From positions 3,072-67,071 of the IMG/VR virus record IMGVR_UViG_3300034022_000350: a DNA stretch of 64,000 nucleotides; one strand, given 5' to 3'. Of this stretch, positions 17,795-25,442 are shown piece by piece (positions within the stretch are counted from its first letter, which is position 1; each line of letters opens with the position of its first letter). Made by a program: the position numbers and the translations under genes. Below the pieces are notes generated by a model. The model worked only from the letters and a program-made list of their open reading frames with translations. It did no database searches and was not told the DNA's origin. Source of the DNA: a virus.

Positions 17795-17974
17795 CTATCT
17801 GATAGAATATTTATAAAAATTTCTGTTCAGTATATTATCTACTTCGTCTAGATCTTTTCTATTTATTATTAGATTATCATTTAATATATAAAATGAATGA
17901 TTCAGTTTATTTGAATTAATTAATATTGAATTAATTAAAGACTTGAAATTCTGATTGATTTTTAATTTGATCAT
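17795..17974 (-). CDS. Hypothetical early protein (59 aa)
   Basis: Hand translation MIKLKINQNFKSLINSIL...FYKYSIR, directly downstream of repeat copy 10. Confidence 0.4.
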   Translation of the reverse strand: MIKLKINQNFKSLINSILINSNKLNHSFYILNDNLIINRKDLDEVDNILNRNFYKYSIR

Positions 17975-18018
17975 TTTAATTTATTTATTTAGTTATTATT
18001 AATATTTATATTCAACTA

Positions 18019-18051
18019 TATTATCATTTTGATCTAGTGTTCAGACTGTAA
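18019..18051 (-). promoter_or_regulatory. 33-bp early promoter-like repeat, copy 10
   Basis: TTACAGTCTGAACACTA-N7-ATGATAATA. Confidence 0.7.
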
Positions 18052-18305
18052 ATAAAAAAAAATATATTGATCAGATGCTATACGCATGCTATACACTACG
18101 CGTTGCTCCGTGCTACCACGAATGCACACGCCAACCGTAAGGCATCAAACAATCATTAGCTATCAATAATATCTTAACTAGTTATCGATCGATCCTGGAC
18201 CACGGAAAAGGCAAACTCATTTCCATGAAATCAAAATATGATGGGGGACCCGGTAAAACCAAAGTCATTCCCTTTCTGGGGTGCTTCCGTAGATATGCAT
18301 ATATG

Positions 18306-18402
18306 ACCCGTTACTTATATATTTACAATACGTTTTCATATGTGCCGTTGTTTATATATTCATAATATAATTTTTTTTTAAAAACCCGTTACTTATATAT
18401 TT
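18306..18402 (+). repeat. 19-bp direct repeat (2 copies) in the divergent junction
   Basis: ACCCGTTACTTATATATTT at 18306-18324 and 18384-18402. Confidence 0.85.
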
Positions 18403-18484
18403 GTAATACATTTTATTTTGGAAGCATTATTTTTTTTTACGATGCGTTATATTTCATATTCCGATATGAGATATGGGTTATAAA

Positions 18485-18532
18485 GTGTGACGTTTGCTAG
18501 TTATATATAATAGTAGTAGGCTAATGTCACAC
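18485..18532. repeat. Inverted-repeat site 4
   Basis: GTGTGACGTTTGC-N22-GCTAATGTCACAC. Confidence 0.8.
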
Positions 18533-18547
18533 TGTAAAGTATTGTAA

Positions 18548-18563
18548 TAATACGTAAGTATAT
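18548..18563 (+). promoter_or_regulatory. Candidate late promoter
   Basis: TAATACGTAAGTATAT upstream of the first plus-strand gene. Confidence 0.4.
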
Positions 18564-18585
18564 AGGTATAATAAAACTTAATATT

Positions 18586-20148
18586 ATGGCGTTTAAATTA
18601 AGAAGTAGTTCTCCTTTAATGCAGATAGATCCGCCGGGTAAAGTTAAGTACGGCACGCCTGAATATAAGAAGGCATATGATAAAGGTGAGGTTATAAGTA
18701 AGAGTGGTGTTAGATCACCTATTGCTTTGGATGAGGTTGTTGTAAGAGGTAAGCCTAAAGAAAAAGGTTTTTGGAAGCAGTCTATAAGTAAGTATACTAA
18801 AGAGAATAAAGATACTGGATTGTTGGGGGCTATTGGATCTGTTGTAACATACCCAATGTCTGTACCACAGGATGCAATGACTTATGCTACTACGGGTAAA
18901 GTTCAGAGACCATCGGAAGCGTTAAAAATAAAGAATCCTATTGGTGCTGCTGCAACTGATATGGTATTGGATCCCACTAATTTAGTTGGCGGTGGTGTTG
19001 TTGGTCCTAAGGTAGTAAAAGCGGCTGGTAGAGTATTACCTAAGATTGGGGCTAAAATAAGTAAAGGAGTAAAGTCTGCTGCGTCTTCTTTCAATAGAGT
19101 AGATAATGCAATAAAAAAATCAGATGCTTTAATTTCGAAGATTGATGATCTTACTAAGAATGCCAGTGCTGTGGTTAAAAAGCCAAGCCAAGTTGTTCAT
19201 GATCTTGGTGGCACGGACGAGATAGATGAGTGGGGAAAAATGAGTGAAAAGTGGGAGGCTTCAGATATTTCTGCTGGTAAGAAGATTGATAAAAAAGCTA
19301 AATTACACAAAGGCAAGTTTGTAGAAAAATACGGTACGCAATATAATGAGCATGATGTAAAGTTGCATGGTAGATTACAAGAAACAGAATTAGGTAGAAG
19401 AGATCCAAAAGTTGCTACTGTAATTTCTGAGGAAAGAGATATAAAAAAATACAAATCAAAAGATCCTGCAACATTAAAAGGCGTTAAATCTAGTAATAAT
19501 TCAGAGAAAATTTTTGAAAAAAAGCACGGTATAAGTAAAAGTTATACAAAAACAGATGAGTTATTAAATAATGTGTATACTCACGGATATGATAACAGTA
19601 TAAACCTTAGAGGTACTAGAGGTGGTGACCCAATTAATAAAAAGTTTTATAAAAAAGAGGTTATACCAAAGCTTGAGAATTTAGTTAAAAAAAATAAACT
19701 AAAATCGGACGAAATATTATATAGAGGCGATACAGACTATCCTGTTAAAAAAGTTTGGAGAGGCGGTGTTAAGCAACCAAAAGGGTCTATTAAGTTTTCT
19801 GAATTACAAGTTGGTGATGTTTGGAAACCTGGTTCTTTTGTAAGTACGTCTAGAGAGAAATATATTGCGGAAGGATTTGGAACTATACAAAGCGATATAA
19901 AGGCTCCTCCTGGGCAATCAATATTAAGTTCCAATGCTGTTAAGGGTGGAGAATTTGCTTCTGAAAAAGAAATACTATTACCAAGTAAGTTAAAATTCAG
20001 AGTAGAAAGTAAAGTTAAAAAGGGGCGTGGAAAAAGTGGTGGTAAATCCGGAGACAAAATAGCTTACAAACAATCAATAGTAAATCCTTATACCGTAGGT
20101 AGCGGCATTGCTATTAGCGGTATGCTTCAAGGTAATAAAAAAAAATAA
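18586..20148 (+). CDS. Putative virion protein with C-terminal ADP-ribosyltransferase (VIP2/C3/Alt-like)
   Basis: R-S-E triad: ILYRGD, GSFVSTS, SEKEILLP...FRV. Confidence 0.8.
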   Translation: MAFKLRSSSPLMQIDPPGKVKYGTPEYKKAYDKGEVISKSGVRSPIALDEVVVRGKPKEKGFWKQSISKYTKENKDTGLLGAIGSVVTYPMSVPQDAMTYATTGKVQRPSEALKIKNPIGAAATDMVLDPTNLVGGGVVGPKVVKAAGRVLPKIGAKISKGVKSAASSFNRVDNAIKKSDALISKIDDLTKNASAVVKKPSQVVHDLGGTDEIDEWGKMSEKWEASDISAGKKIDKKAKLHKGKFVEKYGTQYNEHDVKLHGRLQETELGRRDPKVATVISEERDIKKYKSKDPATLKGVKSSNNSEKIFEKKHGISKSYTKTDELLNNVYTHGYDNSINLRGTRGGDPINKKFYKKEVIPKLENLVKKNKLKSDEILYRGDTDYPVKKVWRGGVKQPKGSIKFSELQVGDVWKPGSFVSTSREKYIAEGFGTIQSDIKAPPGQSILSSNAVKGGEFASEKEILLPSKLKFRVESKVKKGRGKSGGKSGDKIAYKQSIVNPYTVGSGIAISGMLQGNKKK

Positions 20149-20149
20149 C

Positions 20150-20428
20150 ATGTCATTTGAATTGAAACATCAATCACCTTTACTGAGACAGAAATTATCT
20201 CCTTTGGCTGCTAAGAAAAAGGCTGCTAGAGATCTTGCGTATGCTAAGACGGATGATAGAAGAATTAAGAAGGCTCACTCACAGAGGATGCATCGTAAAG
20301 ATCCTAATGGTAAAGGTATGGACTATGACCATGAAGATGGTAGGTTTGAGAGTGTAAAGCAGAATAGAGGTAATGAAGGGGAAGGCACTAAGAAAGAGAG
20401 TGGCAAGAAATATAGAATAAGAGACTAA
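20150..20428 (+). CDS. Small basic protein with HNH-like remnant
   Basis: ATG at 20150 (MSFELKHQSPL); MDYDH...NRG. Confidence 0.65.
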   Translation: MSFELKHQSPLLRQKLSPLAAKKKAARDLAYAKTDDRRIKKAHSQRMHRKDPNGKGMDYDHEDGRFESVKQNRGNEGEGTKKESGKKYRIRD

Positions 20429-20697
20429 TGGCTACGCAGAAGTTTATGGGGAAGGGTCAGTTGATTAATAGACTAGCTGCTCAGGTTGGTAGTAAGGAAC
20501 TTGCTATCAAATTACTTAAGAAGAGAGGTCATCTAACCGAGGGTGGTAATCTTACTTCGGAGGGTAAAGTGAGGAATAATATGACTGCTGAGGATCGCGC
20601 TAAGGATAGAGCGTCTAAAGCAACTGGAGAACCTAAAGGTAATTTTAGTTATAACCCGGTTACAAATAGAACTAAGAAACTAAATAGAAAGAAATAG
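20428..20697 (+). CDS. Small basic protein
   Basis: Packed ORF. Confidence 0.7.
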   Translation: MATQKFMGKGQLINRLAAQVGSKELAIKLLKKRGHLTEGGNLTSEGKVRNNMTAEDRAKDRASKATGEPKGNFSYNPVTNRTKKLNRKK

Positions 20698-20698
20698 A

Positions 20699-21043
20699 AT
20701 GGGTATTAAGAAAGTGGAACCTACTGCTAAGAAGTCAGGGGTTATGAGTAATAAATCAGGTCAAACTCCATTGATGAAAACGGCAGCATGGACACGTAAG
20801 GAAGGTAAAGATCCGAAAGGCGGGTTGAACGCTAAAGGGGTCGCTAGTTATAGAAGAGAGAATCCAGGGTCAAAGTTGCAAACAGCTGTGACAAAAAAAC
20901 CTTCGGAGTTGAAAGCTGGTAGTAAAGATGCGAAGCGTAGAAAGTCTTTCTGTGCTAGGATGTCTGGTATGCCAGGGCCTATGAAGAAGCCTAATGGAGA
21001 ACCAACAAGAAAAAAACTAGCATTAGATAAATGGAACTGTTAA
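20699..21043 (+). CDS. Conserved basic phage protein (DUF6321-like)
   Basis: WTRKEGKDPKGGLNAKG...RRKSFCARM...KWNC. Confidence 0.7.
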   Translation: MGIKKVEPTAKKSGVMSNKSGQTPLMKTAAWTRKEGKDPKGGLNAKGVASYRRENPGSKLQTAVTKKPSELKAGSKDAKRRKSFCARMSGMPGPMKKPNGEPTRKKLALDKWNC

Positions 21044-21177
21044 AAAGAAAAGACGGATCGTACTCAAAACGTGGGTTATGGGATAACATACGTGAGAATA
21101 AAGGTAGTGATAAAAAACCTACTAAGAATATGCTGAAAGAAGAAAAGAAAATAAAAGCTAAAACAAAGAAGAAATGA
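21031..21177 (+). CDS. Small basic protein (48 aa)
   Basis: Hand translation MELLKRKDGSYSKRGLWDNIRENKG...; fills the gap. Confidence 0.6.
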   Translation: MELLKRKDGSYSKRGLWDNIRENKGSDKKPTKNMLKEEKKIKAKTKKK

Positions 21178-21665
21178 TTAAGAAAAAATCACCGTTAAAA
21201 CAAGAAGATCCAAAACCTACTTATAGCAATATGCCTACTAGTAAAAGGAGCGGTTTTAAAGACAGACCTTACACTGCTACTAAAAAAGACAGTGCCGACT
21301 ATAGAGAAGGTTATAACAATCCTAATAGGTTAACTACAAGTATGTTTAAAACTGCTGGCCGTATGGAGGCTATAAAAGCTAAAAAATCTCCTTTAAAACA
21401 AGAAGGAGAACCTTATGTTCCGGGTAGAGTATCTAAGGAAGTTAGAGCAGCTGCAAACGCTAAGAAAGCAGCTGGTAGAGAGTTAATGCAGAAAAGATTT
21501 GAAAATAGAGCTTCTAACAAAGGAATGACTACAAATGAATTTTCTAGTTATCTTGATAAAGAAAAAAAGAAAAAAACAATACCAGCAGGTAATCCAAGAA
21601 CTTCATTTGGTACACCGTCTGGCGGTAAAGGCAGCGGGGCTAAGTGCCCAACAATGCCGGGTTAG
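21174..21665 (+). CDS. Basic protein with two KKSPLKQE motifs
   Basis: Packed, Lys-rich ORF. Confidence 0.7.
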   Translation: MIKKKSPLKQEDPKPTYSNMPTSKRSGFKDRPYTATKKDSADYREGYNNPNRLTTSMFKTAGRMEAIKAKKSPLKQEGEPYVPGRVSKEVRAAANAKKAAGRELMQKRFENRASNKGMTTNEFSSYLDKEKKKKTIPAGNPRTSFGTPSGGKGSGAKCPTMPG

Positions 21666-21699
21666 TGAATATAAATAACACATCGATAAAAAATAAACA

Positions 21700-22566
21700 A
21701 TGGCAATAAACAATAGTTACCCAGTAGCAACCCCTGCGATAGGTGATATACTTATAGGTTCTAAGAATCTTGGTGAAGATGGTATGATTACTAAATCATT
21801 CACTGTTGGGGATATACTGTCTCTAGGTGATGGTGAAGTTGGGCCACAAGGACCTACTGGACCTACTGGGCCTACTGGTTTAGTATGGCGTGGCGCTTGG
21901 GGAGATTTGGATGCTTACGTACTTACCGATGCCGTATCGTATAACGGCTCAAGTTATTATTGCTACGTGGAATATATATCTAGTGATACTCCTCCAGATA
22001 TTGATATAGCTAGCTGGGAATTATTAGCTCAAAAAGGAGATATAGGCCCAGAAGGTCCACAACTACCTCAAGTAGCTTATAGTATGAAAGTTAATAATAC
22101 CGGCGCAACAGCGATTCCAGTAACAACCAACTATAGAGCTCCGGGTATTCAAACGCTAATAGATGACCCGATATTTTCAGATGATCAAACCCCTACCGGC
22201 GCTGTTAACAAATTTTATGATTGGCAACGCATGGGTAATTTAGTTACAGTAACAATATGGGTTGAGTATGCTACGTGGTTGGTTGAAACTGGAGAATGGA
22301 TTAGATTTAATCTACCATCTGATATGCCTGACTGCGCTGTTCCAACAGGATTTACTGCATCTAGCAGAGTTATATACACAGGTGTTGCAAATGCTAGTAC
22401 TACAGATAGTAGCATAACACAAACAACTGGTGCTCAAACTTTAAGTTTAATGAGAGCAAATGGCTCATCAGAATCGGCAGGTTTTCATTTCCTTATTCCA
22501 TATACAATAGATGCTTTGAACCCCTTTAAAGTGTTTAGAATGACGCTACAATACTTTACAGCATAA
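21700..22566 (+). CDS. Tail fibre-like protein with collagen repeats
   Basis: GPQGPTGPTGPTG and a WRGAW...YNGSSY carbohydrate-binding-like module. Confidence 0.75.
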   Translation: MAINNSYPVATPAIGDILIGSKNLGEDGMITKSFTVGDILSLGDGEVGPQGPTGPTGPTGLVWRGAWGDLDAYVLTDAVSYNGSSYYCYVEYISSDTPPDIDIASWELLAQKGDIGPEGPQLPQVAYSMKVNNTGATAIPVTTNYRAPGIQTLIDDPIFSDDQTPTGAVNKFYDWQRMGNLVTVTIWVEYATWLVETGEWIRFNLPSDMPDCAVPTGFTASSRVIYTGVANASTTDSSITQTTGAQTLSLMRANGSSESAGFHFLIPYTIDALNPFKVFRMTLQYFTA

Positions 22567-22593
22567 TAATATACGCATCGACAAAAATTATAT

Positions 22594-25047
22594 ATGGCAA
22601 TAGCTAATTCGTATTTTAATAGTTCACCAATAACAGATTCAGATATATTCGTAGGTACTAAGTATACTACGAATAGAACTGTAAACTATACAGCTTTAAA
22701 TATTGCTGACTATCTAAATATAAATTCTAGAATATCTATAAGTGGACAATTAACATTTAAGTTTACTATCTTACCAAACGTAGCAAAGACAATTGCTTTT
22801 GAAAACGGGGGAGGAGATGGTAGACTTTTTTCGTCTATAGATAAACTTATAGTATCTATATTAGATGCCGGCGGTAGTAACATAACCGTGTTCTTAGACT
22901 ATTTAATAGATAGCGAGATACTACTTGCTGAGCAAAATCAACCTAATTCTTTTGGGCATTATAAAGTAACAAACTACGTTGTAACCACAAACCCTAATTT
23001 TTACGAATTAAGTTTGCAATACATTGGAGGTAACGGTAATATATATAAAGACGTATATTACGATATGACTCCCTGGGCAAGTTCCGGCGGTATTGGCACG
23101 ACACCAAATCTTCAGCAAGTAACAGATGTAGTTCCTAATGGAAATGTTACTACTAATGATATAAAAATTAACCAATTAGGATTGTGGGATGCTCCTAGTG
23201 ATGATTATGGATACATATCATTAAACGATAGTAGATATACATTTAAAAATTATGCGGGGATAGAATTGGCTTTTTTCGAAAGGAATGCTGGGTTAGCTAT
23301 TCCAGATGGAAATGCATTCTACGGAGTTATAAGTCAGCCATCAGGGTTTACTACAAATAGAACATATAATTTACCTGATGCGAATGGAACAATAGCTTTA
23401 ACTTCTGATATTATAACCCCTACACTTCAGCAAGTAACAGATGAAGGTGCAACAACTGATAATCCAATTTATGTTTCAGATGGTGCAGGGAATGAAATAT
23501 CAATACAAATAGGTCAAGTACAAATATTAGATGAATTTGGTAGTTATTCACAAATGGGGGCAACTGGCGTTGGTTTTGTGAATGGAGATGGTACGGGTAT
23601 AGAACAATGTAGTGTATCTATAGGGGCTTCTTTTGGTACTCAACAAACAGGATTATTTTTAACTGCACAAGAAAATGGAAACCTTGCGACTTTAGAACTT
23701 AAGTTGGCTCCGGAATATTATAGTGGTTTACCAATTGAAGGTATAGTGTCAAATTATTTTATTCCTTTTAAACCTAGTGGTGATTATACATTAGCAACTA
23801 CTGGTGATATACCAACCAAAACATCAGACCTTATAAATGATGGTGATAATGGTACAAGTCATTTTATATCTTTAGAAGATTTACCAAGCACACTTACTTT
23901 GTATCCTACAACAGCAGCGTCTGGTATTGGTGGTTATAATAAATTAGTTTCTTCTATTACAGACCCAAGTTATAACACTACAGCAGTAGATGTATCAACA
24001 GGAGCTATCACAGGAACAGACCAATTGATTGCTGGATTGATAACAGAACCTAATCAAATTGTTGGTAATCCTGGTATATTCAATATGACGACTATTGGTA
24101 ACATTAGAAAAACAAGCGGTTCTGGTCAAGCTGAGTTTTATTTTAGAGTATATAAGAGAGATGCTGGTGGAACAGAAACACTAATCTTACAATCAAATAA
24201 CACACAGCAAATTACATCTGCTATTTATGCTGAGTTCAATGCAAGTGGTTTATGGAATGATGGTGTATTTACATCAACAGATAGAATAGTAATAAAGTTT
24301 TATGGTACAAAAGTAGGTGGTGGTTCTAACCCAACTTATGATTTTCAATTTGGTGGAACAAGTCCTGTTAGAAGTATAGTTCCAGTACCTTTAAATGTTG
24401 TTCCAGTTTTATCTTTAGATGAACTTAGTAATGTTAACATAACAGGTGTAACAAACAATCAACTATTAGCTTATGAGTCAGCAACTTCTCTTTGGAAAAA
24501 TAGAACAGTAGTTGAAGATACTATTGTGAATGGAGTTATAGATAAAGCACCTAGTCAAAATGCGGTGTTTGATGCTTTGAATTTGAGAAAAAGAATAATT
24601 ATAAGCGACACTGCAAGTGCGACAGTAACTGGAACAACAGCATTGACGTTGGTAAAAACTTATGAACTAACAGCAGGAACTTTGCCTGCAAGTGGATTTT
24701 TAGATTTATTTATGTTTTCTACAAGAACAATAACAGCAGCAATTCATACAATGGGGCTTTATATTAATACAACTAATAATTTTGCAACAGCAACACTTGT
24801 AAGTTCTATTACAACTAATGGCAATTTTAGTCCTATTTTACCATATAAAGCTACTTTTGTCTTAAAAAGTAATTTGATGATTGGAGGATTAGCAGCTCCA
24901 ACACAGGGAACAAATTATGGTAATTCAACAACACAAACTTCAGTAGCCTGTAATAATTCAACTAATTCAGTTTGGTTTTTTGTTGGAATTACACCCGGGA
25001 ATAGCGGACAAATAATTAACTTTCAATCAATGGAAATGGTAGTATAA
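22594..25047 (+). CDS. Tail fibre protein
   Basis: Two TPxLQQVTD repeats, LPDANGTIALTSD, IPTKTSDLINDG and LDELSNV modules. Confidence 0.75.
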   Translation: MAIANSYFNSSPITDSDIFVGTKYTTNRTVNYTALNIADYLNINSRISISGQLTFKFTILPNVAKTIAFENGGGDGRLFSSIDKLIVSILDAGGSNITVFLDYLIDSEILLAEQNQPNSFGHYKVTNYVVTTNPNFYELSLQYIGGNGNIYKDVYYDMTPWASSGGIGTTPNLQQVTDVVPNGNVTTNDIKINQLGLWDAPSDDYGYISLNDSRYTFKNYAGIELAFFERNAGLAIPDGNAFYGVISQPSGFTTNRTYNLPDANGTIALTSDIITPTLQQVTDEGATTDNPIYVSDGAGNEISIQIGQVQILDEFGSYSQMGATGVGFVNGDGTGIEQCSVSIGASFGTQQTGLFLTAQENGNLATLELKLAPEYYSGLPIEGIVSNYFIPFKPSGDYTLATTGDIPTKTSDLINDGDNGTSHFISLEDLPSTLTLYPTTAASGIGGYNKLVSSITDPSYNTTAVDVSTGAITGTDQLIAGLITEPNQIVGNPGIFNMTTIGNIRKTSGSGQAEFYFRVYKRDAGGTETLILQSNNTQQITSAIYAEFNASGLWNDGVFTSTDRIVIKFYGTKVGGGSNPTYDFQFGGTSPVRSIVPVPLNVVPVLSLDELSNVNITGVTNNQLLAYESATSLWKNRTVVEDTIVNGVIDKAPSQNAVFDALNLRKRIIISDTASATVTGTTALTLVKTYELTAGTLPASGFLDLFMFSTRTITAAIHTMGLYINTTNNFATATLVSSITTNGNFSPILPYKATFVLKSNLMIGGLAAPTQGTNYGNSTTQTSVACNNSTNSVWFFVGITPGNSGQIINFQSMEMVV

Positions 25048-25442
25048 TGAAAACAATAGTAGAAACAAATACAGGAAAAGTTTTATTTACAGTAGTAGAT
25101 AATTATGAATTGCAAGATAATCAAATGTTGATTGATTTTTTAGTAACTGAAAACTTTATTAATCCTTGCTGGAATTTTGAAACTCAAGTATTTTATGAAG
25201 GAGCAACAACTCAAGAAATAAATGATATCAGAATACCACAAGCAATAGAAATAGATTTATATTATACGGGACTTATCTCAGACCTTTTAAGAAAACACAT
25301 TGAGAAGTTAAGTATTGACAATGTGCCAATACCTCAAACAGCAATTGATGAAAGAGATAGGCTGAGAGTAGAATGTAACCAGAAGATTACAGATTTAGGA
25401 GTAACAAATTTTGCATATAGACAATCAAACTTAAAATTATGA
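25047..25442 (+). CDS. Tail fibre assembly/chaperone-like protein
   Basis: Follows the fibre gene; FINPCWNFETQVFYEGAT. Confidence 0.55.
   Translation: MKTIVETNTGKVLFTVVDNYELQDNQMLIDFLVTENFINPCWNFETQVFYEGATTQEINDIRIPQAIEIDLYYTGLISDLLRKHIEKLSIDNVPIPQTAIDERDRLRVECNQKITDLGVTNFAYRQSNLKL

Noticed and set aside
8802-18051. 33-bp repeats as a CRISPR array or integron attC sites
   Set aside because: Spacing is irregular (86 bp to 3 kb), whole genes lie between copies, the repeat is not palindromic, and no cas or integrase gene is seen.
8207-18094. GTATAGCA as part of loxP
   Set aside because: Only the octamer matches; the 13-bp arms are absent and no recombinase is seen.
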